Part shown: piece after piece, positions 1 through 8,599 of the stretch
How positions within the stretch are numbered: position 1 is the first letter of the stretch
Layout: every line of letters begins with the position of its first letter
DNA from: Clostridia bacterium
GTDB taxonomy: Bacteria; Bacillota; Peptococcia; DRI-13; SM3-B62
Direction of reading: 5' to 3'
Length of the DNA: 64,000 nucleotides
NCBI GenBank assembly: GCA_018432615.1
Contig: JAHDSQ010000006.1
Location: forward strand, 18,432-82,431
The notes under the pieces: model-generated
What the model saw: only the letters and a program-made list of their open reading frames with translations
What the model was told of the DNA's origin: nothing
The model's database searches: none
Translations under genes and position numbers: made by a program

Positions 1-534
1 TCTCTGTTGCCTCGTGACATTGTTGTTTTCAAGGCGGAGGATGTCTCGCGCGATTTTCATGCCAGGTATGATGCTAAAAGAAAAACGTATTGCTATACCA
101 TTTACAATGACAGCTGTTTGAGTCCCTTCTGGCGGCGCTATGCCTATCATGTGCTGGGAAAGTTGAAATTAGAGGAAATGTCGGCGGCTGCTCGTTTCTT
201 TTTGGGAGAACACGATTTCCGGGGGTTCTGTGCTAAGGACACGGCAGTAAAGGATTTCGTCAGAACGATTGATGAATGCAGCGTGAAAAAAGACGACGAG
301 ATCATCAGAATTATCGTCTCGGGTAACGGTTTTTTATATAATATGGTAAGAATCATGGCGGGAACCATCCTGGAGATAGGGAAAGGAAAGCGGAAGCCCC
401 AAGATGTAGCCTATCTTTTACAGAAAGGAGCACGGGAAGAAGCAGGAATGACCCTGCCTTCCTGCGGACTTTGTCTCCTAAAGGTTGAATACGCCAACCA
501 AGCCATTTCGTTGCAGGATAAAAAAACCTATTAA
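1..534 (+). CDS. truA: tRNA pseudouridine synthase A, C-terminal ~177 aa (5' end upstream of window)
   Basis: The frame is open to position 1. The translation (FHARYDAKRKTYCYTIYN ... GNGFLYNMVRIMAGT) fits the TruA family. The Firmicute truA-rplM-rpsI gene order follows. Confidence 0.85.
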   Translation, partial: SLLPRDIVVFKAEDVSRDFHARYDAKRKTYCYTIYNDSCLSPFWRRYAYHVLGKLKLEEMSAAARFFLGEHDFRGFCAKDTAVKDFVRTIDECSVKKDDEIIRIIVSGNGFLYNMVRIMAGTILEIGKGKRKPQDVAYLLQKGAREEAGMTLPSCGLCLLKVEYANQAISLQDKKTY

Positions 535-607
535 TAGTGTTGAACTAATGGAACTTAATGTTTATAATTTAAGGAGTCACAAAATAAGGTGAAAAAGGGA
601 GTTATCA

Positions 608-1030
608 GTGATGTTTAAAAAAATCATGGTTGCTGTAGACGGCTCAGAAAATTCTTATTTGGCGGTTGATAACGCAGTGGGTATGGCCAGCTTAAACAAT
701 GGGAAAGTCGATGTTATCAGTGTAATCCCTCAGAATATGCATGTCTGGTCTGATAGCTCAAATTCGGAGTATCTAAACTATAGAAAGAAATATTATAAGG
801 ACATCCACTCGAAAATCGCAGAAAAAATGAAAAAGGCCGGTGTTGAATACACGTCAATAATTAAGAATGGACATATCGGTTCAATGATTTGTGAAGAGGC
901 GGAAAAACTTGGCGTGGACGTTATTGTTATTGGCAGCCGAGGCTTAAGTAACGTCAGTAGGGTCATACTGGGAAGTGTGAGCAGTTATGTAGCGGCGAGT
1001 GCTAAATGTTCGGTCCTTATTGTCAAGTAG
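608..1030 (+). CDS. Universal stress protein (UspA family)
   Basis: 140 aa. It has the N-terminal KIMVAVDGSENS motif and the C-terminal VIGSRGLS..LGSVS....A.CSVLIV nucleotide-binding motif typical of UspA. A GGGAG SD lies upstream. ATG at 611 is an equally possible start. Confidence 0.8.
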   Translation: MMFKKIMVAVDGSENSYLAVDNAVGMASLNNGKVDVISVIPQNMHVWSDSSNSEYLNYRKKYYKDIHSKIAEKMKKAGVEYTSIIKNGHIGSMICEEAEKLGVDVIVIGSRGLSNVSRVILGSVSSYVAASAKCSVLIVK

Positions 1031-1100
1031 GATATTGGAAAGGTTGCGAGTAGTATCAGAAACACATGTGAGCACAGTTGCCGCGTGAACGCGGTTGTCC

Positions 1101-1129
1101 TTGACACGTCAGGCGGCGTGTATTAAAAT
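1101..1129 (+). promoter_or_regulatory. Sigma-A-like promoter for rplM-rpsI (TTGACA-17 nt-TAAAAT), followed by a ~90 nt untranslated leader
   Basis: TTGACA at 1101-1106 and TAAAAT at 1124-1129 have 17-nt spacing. The leader at 1135-1218 could be an L13-type autoregulatory leader, but I cannot verify its fold. Confidence 0.4.
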
Positions 1130-1218
1130 ACTTGCATGGGTTTTATTCAGGTTATTTGTTGATTCCACCAGCCCCGGGATCAATCGATATAAACAAAATG
1201 TGTAGGAGGGAACTGAAA

Positions 1219-1653
1219 TTGCGTACCTTCATGGCGAAGGCCCAGGATATTCAACGCAAGTGGTATGTTATCGATGCAAGCGAAAAAACCTTGGGTCGTT
1301 TAGCAACAGAGGCTGCGTCATTACTGCGTGGCAAACATAAGCCTGTATTCACTCCCCATGTTGATACAGGGGATTATGTTATTATCATTAACGCTGAAAA
1401 GATAGTGCTGACAGGAAAGAAGCTTCAGCAAAAGGAATACATCAGGCATAGTCGTTACCCGGGTGGACTCAAAAGGATTAGCTACGGCGTCCTAATGAAA
1501 ACCAGGCCGGAGATTGTGGTGGAAAAGGCTGTTAAAGGGATGCTTCCCCGCAACAGACTTGGTAATGCTATGTACAAGAAACTTAAGGTTTATAGAGGAC
1601 CAGAACATCCCCATCAAGCTCAAAAACCCGAAGTATGGGAATTAAGGGGTTAA
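1219..1653 (+). CDS. rplM: 50S ribosomal protein L13
   Basis: The translation (M)[19 protein letters not shown]... is canonical L13. I chose the in-frame TTG at 1219 (AGGAGGG SD at 1204-1210, 8-nt spacing) over the track start at 1132, which adds a non-homologous 29-aa extension. Confidence 0.95.
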   Translation: MRTFMAKAQDIQRKWYVIDASEKTLGRLATEAASLLRGKHKPVFTPHVDTGDYVIIINAEKIVLTGKKLQQKEYIRHSRYPGGLKRISYGVLMKTRPEIVVEKAVKGMLPRNRLGNAMYKKLKVYRGPEHPHQAQKPEVWELRG

Positions 1654-1671
1654 GGGAAGGGAGGAAAGATA

Positions 1672-2067
1672 ATGGCACAAATGTTGCAATATGCAGCCAC
1701 TGGACGTCGTAAGACATCAGTAGCTAGAGTGCGTTTAATGCCCGGTGAAGGTAAGGTTGTTGTTAACCAGACGCCTTTAGCGGAATATTTTGGCAAGAAA
1801 ACCTTAGAAATGATTGTTAAGCAGCCGTTGGTTCTGACTGATACGGAGAGCCGTTTTGACGTTATTGCTAAAGTCCATGGCGGCGGTATTACAGGTCAGG
1901 CTGGGGCAATCCGCCTGGGGATAGCGAGAGCACTTTTAAAGGCGGATGCCGAAATGAGGCCCCTTCTTAAGCGTGCCGGTTTCCTAACAAGGGATCCTCG
2001 GATGAAAGAGCGTAAGAAGTATGGCTTAAAGGGTGCACGTCGTGCTCCACAGTTTTCCAAGAGATAG
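1672..2067 (+). CDS. rpsI: 30S ribosomal protein S9
   Basis: 131 aa. It contains [12 protein letters not shown] ... [19 protein letters not shown] ... [25 protein letters not shown], the canonical S9 sequence. Confidence 0.97.
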   Translation: MAQMLQYAATGRRKTSVARVRLMPGEGKVVVNQTPLAEYFGKKTLEMIVKQPLVLTDTESRFDVIAKVHGGGITGQAGAIRLGIARALLKADAEMRPLLKRAGFLTRDPRMKERKKYGLKGARRAPQFSKR

Positions 2068-2096
2068 TATTTGTAGTCAGCTTATTAAGGCAGTAA

Positions 2097-2130
2097 AGCG
2101 TCGGGTGGGATATCCATCCGGTGCTTTTTT
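2097..2130 (+). terminator. Rho-independent terminator of rplM-rpsI
   Basis: A 12-bp stem (AGCGTCGGGTGG / CCATCCGGTGCT, 3 G-U pairs) with loop GATAT is followed by a T6 run. Confidence 0.75.
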
Positions 2131-2166
2131 ACATAAAGACAAAATCCATGTAAAGAGGAGACAAAT

Positions 2167-2241
2167 ATGGGGCAAGCCACTTTTGACGATTTTATGAAAC
2201 TGGATATTAGGGTAGGCGAAGTGATAAAAGCAGAGGTATAA
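2167..2241 (+). pseudogene. 24-codon remnant resembling the N-terminus of a CsaA/EMAP-type tRNA-binding domain protein
   Basis: ATG at 2167 gives MGQATFDDFMKLDIRVGEVIKAEV then a stop. The FxKLDIRVGxVxxAE pattern is the start of the tRNA-binding OB-fold family (about 110 aa when intact). Here it is truncated after 24 aa. Confidence 0.45.
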
Positions 2242-2322
2242 ATTAGGATAGAATTCACTGTCATAGCGCAGTCCTTTGATTAATATTCTTCTAACAGGAA
2301 ATTATTCAGAGGAGTTGAATAA

Positions 2323-3078
2323 ATGCAGAAATTAATGAAGCGCCTTACCATATGGGTGGTTATATTAACGGTGGCTGTAGGGAGTGTTGGTTTATTGCAA
2401 CTTTGGCAAGAAAAACAGGAATTAGCGGTTATTAAGGCAATGTCATGGGCCGTGGCCGGACGGAGGTTTGTCATAGATCCCGGTCATGGGGGAGAAGATC
2501 CCGGGAAAATGAGCCCCACGGGCGTTATGGAAAAGGATATTAACCTGGCGATCGCCAAAAAGCTTTCCGCGGTTATCGCTGCGGGCGGAGGTCAGGTTAA
2601 ACTTACCCGCGATTCGGATATTGCGTTGAGTGATAATGAGGGTACGATAAGGGAGCGGAAAACGGCGGATTTAAAAAACAGGGCAAAAATGGCGCAAAAT
2701 GAGGTGGCTGATATTTATTTGTCCGTTCATTGTAACGCTTTTCCCGAAAGCCGTTGGTCAGGAGCGCAAACATTTTATTCTCCTGCGGTCGATGGCAGCA
2801 AGGAACTGGCCATCTGTATTCAAGAGGAATTAACGTCGCACTTAGCCAATACCAAAAGAAAGGCTCTGCCTGATACGTCTTCTTTAATATTCAAAGAAGC
2901 GAAAATACCGATTGTTAATGTTGAAGTAGGATTTCTGTCAAACGAGCGTGAAGAAAGAATGCTTCAAGATGCCGCGTATCAAGATAAAATATGTTGGGCC
3001 GTTTATGCCGGTATAGTAAGATTCTTGGCCGATTACGGGGAGGAATACAAACCTGTCGTGAAGAAGGTCGGCAAATGA
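2323..3078 (+). CDS. cwlD: Germination-specific N-acetylmuramoyl-L-alanine amidase CwlD
   Basis: It has an N-terminal TM anchor and an Amidase_3 core (VIDPGHGGEDPG ... YLSVHCNAF ... VNVEVGFLSN). Its position downstream of rplM-rpsI matches Bacillus. Confidence 0.85.
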   Translation: MQKLMKRLTIWVVILTVAVGSVGLLQLWQEKQELAVIKAMSWAVAGRRFVIDPGHGGEDPGKMSPTGVMEKDINLAIAKKLSAVIAAGGGQVKLTRDSDIALSDNEGTIRERKTADLKNRAKMAQNEVADIYLSVHCNAFPESRWSGAQTFYSPAVDGSKELAICIQEELTSHLANTKRKALPDTSSLIFKEAKIPIVNVEVGFLSNEREERMLQDAAYQDKICWAVYAGIVRFLADYGEEYKPVVKKVGK

Positions 3079-3257
3079 TTCGACAAAAAAGGAGAAGATA
3101 TGCAAATAAAGAACTTTACAAACAGGCAGAAATTACATTATTATAGATATAACAGACCATATATGTCCCCTTTTTGTGGTAACATTTCGAAAATAAATAT
3201 AAAGATTGTGATAACCTTTCGATGAGTCCAAGAAAAAAGTAGGGGGGATGTTAAAAC

Positions 3258-3710
3258 ATGCAGATTCCGTTGTTAGGTTGGTTATTACAAGGGATACCGG
3301 AAACATTCGCATTAACGTATTTAGTAGTTAACTTAGGGTCAAAAGAGGTTTCTTGGGAACCAGTTATTAAGATTGGGGCGATTATGTCGATAGCAGTTTA
3401 TATAACACGTCTGTTGCCGTTTATGCCCGGGGTACATAGCATTATTTCCATTTTTGTGTTTTCGCTTGTTACTACGAATGTAACCTCTTTTAGTTTGATG
3501 AAATCTATTGTTTGCAGTACCGTAGGAATCATTGCTTTGATATTATGCGAATTTATCGTTAACGCTCTTTTGATTATGTTAGGAATAGTATCTGTTGAGC
3601 AAATAAATAGCAGTGTGGCAATCTGGATTATTACCGGTTATCCTCAGGTCATCATGCTCTTTATTCTAGGGGTAGTAGTAAATAAAAAGGGTATAGTCTT
3701 AATGGAGTAA
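3258..3710 (+). CDS. Polytopic membrane protein of unknown function (4-5 predicted TM helices)
   Basis: 150 aa and almost entirely hydrophobic segments. A GGGGGG SD precedes the ATG. It ends 28 nt before agrB. I recognise no family. Confidence 0.6.
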   Translation: MQIPLLGWLLQGIPETFALTYLVVNLGSKEVSWEPVIKIGAIMSIAVYITRLLPFMPGVHSIISIFVFSLVTTNVTSFSLMKSIVCSTVGIIALILCEFIVNALLIMLGIVSVEQINSSVAIWIITGYPQVIMLFILGVVVNKKGIVLME

Positions 3711-3738
3711 GCAATTATAATCTAATGGAGATAAAGAC

Positions 3739-4323
3739 ATGCCGTATTCACCTTTTAGTACACGGGTCAGCGGTTATTTAGCCCGTGAGCTTAAGTTAGA
3801 CAATGAAAAAAAAGAGATATTGGCATATGCCCTTGAAAATGTTATTTTCACAACAGGCGGCTTTATTTTAATCATGGCTGTCGGTTATATTTTAGGGGTG
3901 CCTAAAGAGACTTTCTGTGCGGCAATTGCCGGAGCAATCCTCAGAAAGTTCAGCGGAGGAGCTCATAGCAAAACTGCTCTCAGGTGTATGCTGGTTGGGG
4001 CTTTGGCTTATCCGCCGGTCGCTTTTCTGGCCAGGTACTTTTTTGTATTGCTAGGTGGTACAAGTCCTTATTATGCCATCTTGGCTTTTTGTTCAGTAGG
4101 CTCTTTTTTGATTGTGGCACGGTATGCGCCGGTTGATTCGAAGGGAAAACCTATTGTAGCGGAGGACTTTAGGCGGAAACTAAGGCATGGTTCTGTAGTT
4201 ACGGTCTTGTTGTTCATAGCTATTGCTTGGTTAAACATGACTAACAGTATAGGCAGTTCAATAATCAGCGGTATTGTTATCCAGTCAATAAGTCTATTGC
4301 CATTTCAAAATGCTGGGAGGTGA
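3739..4323 (+). CDS. agrB: AgrB-family autoinducing-peptide processing membrane endopeptidase
   Basis: 194 aa and polytopic. GGAHSKTALRC has the same His-to-Cys spacing (H+7) as S. aureus AgrB H77/C84 (HGAHAPSSFWC). YAPVDSKGKPI matches YAPAATKKKPI. Confidence 0.85.
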   Translation: MPYSPFSTRVSGYLARELKLDNEKKEILAYALENVIFTTGGFILIMAVGYILGVPKETFCAAIAGAILRKFSGGAHSKTALRCMLVGALAYPPVAFLARYFFVLLGGTSPYYAILAFCSVGSFLIVARYAPVDSKGKPIVAEDFRRKLRHGSVVTVLLFIAIAWLNMTNSIGSSIISGIVIQSISLLPFQNAGR

Positions 4324-4328
4324 GTTTT

Positions 4329-4460
4329 ATGTCCAGAGCAAAATACGTTTTGTTGACAATGGTATCAACCGTGCTTTTCTTTATCGCCACTACTAGCTCA
4401 GTTTTTGCATGCTGGTGTTGGAGATACCAACCGGAGACACCAAAAAGTCTTATTAAGTAA
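4329..4460 (+). CDS. agrD: AgrD-like autoinducing peptide precursor (43 aa, below the ORF-track size cutoff)
   Basis: ATG lies 5 nt after the agrB stop. The translation is MSRAKYVLLTMVSTVLFFIATTSSVFACWCWRYQPETPKSLIK. It has a hydrophobic N-terminal helix, a Cys-containing core, and a C-terminal E-T-P-K-S-L tail aligning with S. aureus AgrD E-V-P-K-E-L. Confidence 0.75.
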   Translation: MSRAKYVLLTMVSTVLFFIATTSSVFACWCWRYQPETPKSLIK

Positions 4461-4463
4461 AAC

Positions 4464-4499
4464 GTGAGGTGGTTTTTTATTCCACCTCATTGTGGTTTT
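4464..4499 (+). terminator. Hairpin / weak terminator after agrD
   Basis: A 9-bp stem (GTGAGGTGG / CCACCTCAT) with a 9-nt U-rich loop is followed by TGTGGTTTT. The T tract is weak, so it may only attenuate read-through into the GGDEF gene. Confidence 0.45.
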
Positions 4500-4513
4500 A
4501 GGGGAGAATTGCA

Positions 4514-6154
4514 GTGAAAAATGTTGAAAAATGCGAAAACCATAAAAAAGAAGAATACATAGTTTTCCTGCAGGCCATATTTCTTCTCCTGGCAGGTATT
4601 TTAATGACCAGGGTGTGGAAGACCAATGGCGGTTTTTTCTACGAATTATACCGCAATGTGGCATTTTTATTGTTGCCTATCGTCGGGCTCATATCGGTAA
4701 AGATTTTTGCCGCAGCTAAAAAGGGATGGGCCGAAAAAAAGGTCAACGATTATGTAAATATAGTTTACCTTATAGTTACTGTACCGTTGTTGATTTTTGA
4801 GGACGAAAGTTTTTTTAAAGTCCTTTTATTACTGCCGGTGATGGTGGCTGCTTTACAATACGGAGCAAGATATGGGTTTAAGTGGGCACTGTTTTCAACA
4901 CTTGGTTTGATTATTATTACAGTATTCCAGGGAATGCCCCAAATAGAGGTGTTTGTTCTCATCTTGGGGGTTATCTGGATGTTTGCTTGGCTTTTGGGGA
5001 AAATGTCGGAAGCGGAGCTAGAAAGCAGAGAAAAACTTAAGATCCAGGCCAGCGTAGACGGAATGACGGGGCTTCTTAATCATCGCAGCTTTTATGCGTA
5101 TTTGGAAGAGTGTTTTGATGAGGCTGTGAAGAACAAGAACAGCCTGTCCTTAATCATGTTGGATGTGGATTTTTTTAAATATTACAATGATACGTATGGA
5201 CACAGAAAAGGAGACGAAGTATTAATAGAAATCGCTCGGCTGATAAAAAAAGCAGTAGAGGAGAAAGGCGAATGCTTTCGTTACGGCGGAGACGAGTTTG
5301 CCGTTCTTATTCCGGGAGGAGAAGGACAGGAGGCCTATGCGATAGGTAGGACTATTTGCGAAAGTATTGGTGATACCTCTTTTGAAGGGTTAAATATTCT
5401 TCCGGGAGGGAAACTCAGCGTTTCGGTAGGGGTAGCCAGTTATCCCGAGCATACCAACAAGAAGGAAGCGCTGTTGGAAAAGGCTGATGAAGCCCTTTAC
5501 AGGGCAAAATATACAAATAACAGCAAGGTAGAGATGTATTATTCGGTTTTCGAAGAAATCAGCAATTTGCTGGAGGGTAAGGAAAAGGATGTTTTAAATT
5601 CAATGCGTACTTTGCTGATGTTTATTAATGCTAAGGACCATTATACCTATGGACATTCTGAGAGAGTAATGAATTATGCTATGCAAATTGGCAGAAAAAT
5701 GGCCCTGTGGGAATGGGAAGTACAAGAATTAATGGCGGGTGCCCTTCTGCATGACGTGGGAAAGGTTGAGCTTTCTCGGGAGGTTTTGAATAAATCCGAC
5801 AGTTTAACCGAAGAGGAATGGGAAGGAATAAGACAGCATCCGGTTTGGGGCGCCGATATCATTAGACCGATTTCTGCGTTTAAGAATGTTGTAGATATAA
5901 TACTGTACCACCATGAAAATTACGATGGCTCCGGTTATCCTGACGGGCTTAAGGGTAAGGATATACCCTTGGGGGCCAGAATACTGAGGGTAGTCGATAG
6001 TTTCGATGCCATGACGACAAATAGGCCATATAAGAAAGGGTTGTCCGTCGACAAGGCGGCGGATGAAATAAAGTCGCTCTCCAATGTTTTATATGATCCT
6101 GAAGTGGTGGAGACCTTTTTGGAGTATCTTAAGGAAATAGGGATCTTAGTCTAG
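4514..6154 (+). CDS. Membrane-bound bifunctional c-di-GMP protein: ~6-TM N-terminal domain + GGDEF diguanylate cyclase + HD-GYP phosphodiesterase
   Basis: The N-terminal ~170 aa carry six hydrophobic segments. The GGDEF domain reads DGMTGLLNHRSF ... FRYGGDEFAV. The HD-GYP domain reads HSERV ... LLHDVGK ... HHENYDGSGYPDGLKG. Confidence 0.9.
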   Translation: MKNVEKCENHKKEEYIVFLQAIFLLLAGILMTRVWKTNGGFFYELYRNVAFLLLPIVGLISVKIFAAAKKGWAEKKVNDYVNIVYLIVTVPLLIFEDESFFKVLLLLPVMVAALQYGARYGFKWALFSTLGLIIITVFQGMPQIEVFVLILGVIWMFAWLLGKMSEAELESREKLKIQASVDGMTGLLNHRSFYAYLEECFDEAVKNKNSLSLIMLDVDFFKYYNDTYGHRKGDEVLIEIARLIKKAVEEKGECFRYGGDEFAVLIPGGEGQEAYAIGRTICESIGDTSFEGLNILPGGKLSVSVGVASYPEHTNKKEALLEKADEALYRAKYTNNSKVEMYYSVFEEISNLLEGKEKDVLNSMRTLLMFINAKDHYTYGHSERVMNYAMQIGRKMALWEWEVQELMAGALLHDVGKVELSREVLNKSDSLTEEEWEGIRQHPVWGADIIRPISAFKNVVDIILYHHENYDGSGYPDGLKGKDIPLGARILRVVDSFDAMTTNRPYKKGLSVDKAADEIKSLSNVLYDPEVVETFLEYLKEIGILV

Positions 6155-6239
6155 GATATCGAACAGTTAAGGGATATAATAAAGGAAACTTGGTGATGAT
6201 TGAAATCAAGAAAGGTTAAAGGAAGGAGGATGAAGCCGA

Positions 6240-7574
6240 ATGCTGGAGTTGGTAGCACTCATGCCTCATCCGCCGGCGATCGTACCGGAGGTGGGAGGTG
6301 ACGAGAGCCGTGTTATTTCTCTAACGGCACAAAAGATGGGGGCTTTGGCACGTGAAATCAAAAGCATTGCACCTGAATTGATAGTTGTCGTTACACCTCA
6401 TGGGAATGTCTTCAGTGATGCCGTAACCATAACCTTGACGGACGTGTTAAGGGGTAATTTAGGAGCCTTTGGTGCACCTCATATCGGAGTGGAATATCCA
6501 CTTGATAAGGAGGCCGCTGAGGCTATTATTGTTTTTAGCCGGGATAAACGAGCTTATTGTGTAGGTCTTGAGGAGAAAATGCTGAAGAAATTTAGCCTGT
6601 CCGAAGAACTGGATCATGGGGCGGTAGTTCCTTTACTCTTCATAAAAGAAGCCGGATGGCGGGGGAGTTTACTGACTGTAAACATTGGTCTGTTGCCGTA
6701 TGAAGAATTATATGAATTCGGGAGCGGGCTTGCACAGGCTTTAGCAGGTCTTAACAGGCGTTGGGTGCTTCTTGTGAGTGGAGATATGTCACACTGTCTT
6801 TCGTACGGGGCACCGGGAGGATATTCGCCTCAGGGGGCCGTTTTTGATGGAATAATCAGGGACTTTGTTAATAATCCCGATCCATATAAAATAATGCAAA
6901 TGGATGAGCAGATTATAAATAAGGCAGGGGAGTGCGGCTTACGTCCTTTGATTATCGGGATGGGGGCCTTAGACGGTTTTGAAATCAAAGGTGAGGAGTT
7001 ATCGTATGAAGGTCCGTTTGGAGTGGGATATTTAGTGGCAAAGTTCATACCTGGGAAAAGAAAAACCGAATCGGAGCTGGTAAGTCTAGCCAGAGCAAGT
7101 ATTGAGTATTATCTTGAAAACGGTTCGTATTTGAAACCGCCTGTCCTAAAAGAGGAGTATGGAGAAGACAACGGAGGGGTCTTTGTTTCTTTGAAGAAGA
7201 ACTTTAATTTGCGCGGTTGTATCGGAACTATTGAACGTGTACAAAATAGTCTGGCCGAGGAGGTAATTCATAATGCGGTTGCGGCAGCCATAAACGACCC
7301 TCGCTTTGAACCGCTTATGCTTCAAGAATTGAAGAACCTGGAAATATCTGTGGACGTTCTGAATGCGCCTGAACCGGTCGCGGAATTGAGCGAATTAGAT
7401 CCTCAAGTGTATGGAGTAATAGTGACGCAGGGCGCTCGAAAAGGCCTGCTGCTACCGGCTTTGGAAGGCGTAAAGACCCCTGAAGAACAGTTGGATATTG
7501 CCTTGGAGAAGGCAGGAATTGCTTCCGGAGAAAAATACAAGATTGAAAGATTCCGGGTGACCCGGCATACTTAA
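6240..7574 (+). CDS. Fusion protein: LigB/Memo-superfamily (class III extradiol dioxygenase-like) N-domain + AMMECR1 C-domain (AmmeMemoRadiSam B/A-type)
   Basis: The N-terminus (LMPHPPAIVPEVGG ... TPHGN ... SGDMSHCL) is LigB/Memo-like. The C-terminal ~170 aa (GVFVSLKKNFNLRGCIGT ... DPRF.P ... GLLLP) is the AMMECR1 signature. Confidence 0.85.
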   Translation: MLELVALMPHPPAIVPEVGGDESRVISLTAQKMGALAREIKSIAPELIVVVTPHGNVFSDAVTITLTDVLRGNLGAFGAPHIGVEYPLDKEAAEAIIVFSRDKRAYCVGLEEKMLKKFSLSEELDHGAVVPLLFIKEAGWRGSLLTVNIGLLPYEELYEFGSGLAQALAGLNRRWVLLVSGDMSHCLSYGAPGGYSPQGAVFDGIIRDFVNNPDPYKIMQMDEQIINKAGECGLRPLIIGMGALDGFEIKGEELSYEGPFGVGYLVAKFIPGKRKTESELVSLARASIEYYLENGSYLKPPVLKEEYGEDNGGVFVSLKKNFNLRGCIGTIERVQNSLAEEVIHNAVAAAINDPRFEPLMLQELKNLEISVDVLNAPEPVAELSELDPQVYGVIVTQGARKGLLLPALEGVKTPEEQLDIALEKAGIASGEKYKIERFRVTRHT

Positions 7575-7590
7575 TAGGAGGCTGGTAGAA

Positions 7591-8457
7591 TTGCATATTG
7601 CCTCTTTTTGGTCGCAGGAGGACAGTGATAATAACGACGTACGGTGCCGGTTATGCCCTCACTTGTGTCGCATAACCTCCGGGGGATGGGGGAGGTGCAG
7701 AACAAGGTATAATGAGGATGCGAGATTGTATGCCATGAATTACGGGCGAGTGACCTCCTTGGCTCTTGATGATATTGAAAAGAAGCCTTTAAGAATGTAT
7801 AAGCCGGGGACGAAGGTATTGTCAATTGGCACGTTTGGCTGCAACTTCGCCTGCGGCTTTTGTCAGAACTGGACGATTGCCCAGGGGGATAGGTCTGTCG
7901 TTACAAGATATGTATCGGCTGAAGAAGCTGTCAAGAAGGCCTTGGAACTTGTAGAATACGGCAATATAGGGTTGGCCTACACCTATTCAGAACCGTCGGT
8001 GTGGTACGAGTACGTTTTTGATACCGCCAAAAGGGCGAAAGAAGCTGGTTTGAAAAACATTTTGGTCACAAACGGCTATCTCAATCCCGATCCGTTAAAA
8101 AAGCTTTTGCCGTATATTGATGCGGTTAATCTTGATATAAAGGCCTTTACTTCCGATTTTTACCGCAAGGTGTGCGGAGGCAGTCTGGAGCCTGTTCTGA
8201 AAGCGGCGAGGCTTTTTGCAAAGGAATGCCATTTGGAGATTACCAATCTGATTATCCCCTCAATGAATGATTCTTCAGAGGAAATAAGTACCCTTTCCGA
8301 GTGGATAGCTAGTATTGATAAAAGCATTCCGCTGCATTTAACCAGGTATTTTCCTCAATATAAGTTTACTTTGCCTTCTACTTCCCCGGAAACATTGGTG
8401 AGGGCAAAAAAGGTTGCGGAGAAAAGCTTAAAGTACGTATTCTTAGGCAATATATAA
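7591..8457 (+). CDS. AmmeMemoRadiSam-system radical SAM enzyme (PflA-like activase family)
   Basis: TTG start with an AGGAGG SD at 7576-7581. The radical SAM motif is CNFACGFCQNW. An N-terminal extra Cys cluster reads CRLCPHLCRITSGGWGRC. It lies 16 nt downstream of the AMMECR1 fusion gene. Confidence 0.85.
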   Translation: MHIASFWSQEDSDNNDVRCRLCPHLCRITSGGWGRCRTRYNEDARLYAMNYGRVTSLALDDIEKKPLRMYKPGTKVLSIGTFGCNFACGFCQNWTIAQGDRSVVTRYVSAEEAVKKALELVEYGNIGLAYTYSEPSVWYEYVFDTAKRAKEAGLKNILVTNGYLNPDPLKKLLPYIDAVNLDIKAFTSDFYRKVCGGSLEPVLKAARLFAKECHLEITNLIIPSMNDSSEEISTLSEWIASIDKSIPLHLTRYFPQYKFTLPSTSPETLVRAKKVAEKSLKYVFLGNI

Positions 8458-8599
8458 GCATTACCAATATTTTGTTTGCCTTGACAAGCAGGATGTGGTA
8501 GTTTTATGGAGAAAAACAGTAGCAATATTTGCTTTTATCGGTAAACATCGGATTTCTGTCTAGTCAGTCAGACAAATAAACAAGTTAGGATAGGTTGCT

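Noticed and set aside
1132-1218. N-terminal 29-aa extension of L13 given by the ORF track (start 1132)
   Set aside because: The extension has no homology to L13 and no SD. The TTG at 1219 has a perfect AGGAGGG SD and reproduces the canonical L13 N-terminus.
3100-3225. 41-codon ORF (MQIKNFTNRQKLHYYRYNRPYMSPFCGNISKINIKIVITFR) with an AAGGAG SD between cwlD and the agr-like locus
   Set aside because: The SD is good, but the region is AT-rich and has no terminator. The peptide has no recognisable features, so I cannot support it without conservation or Ribo-seq data.
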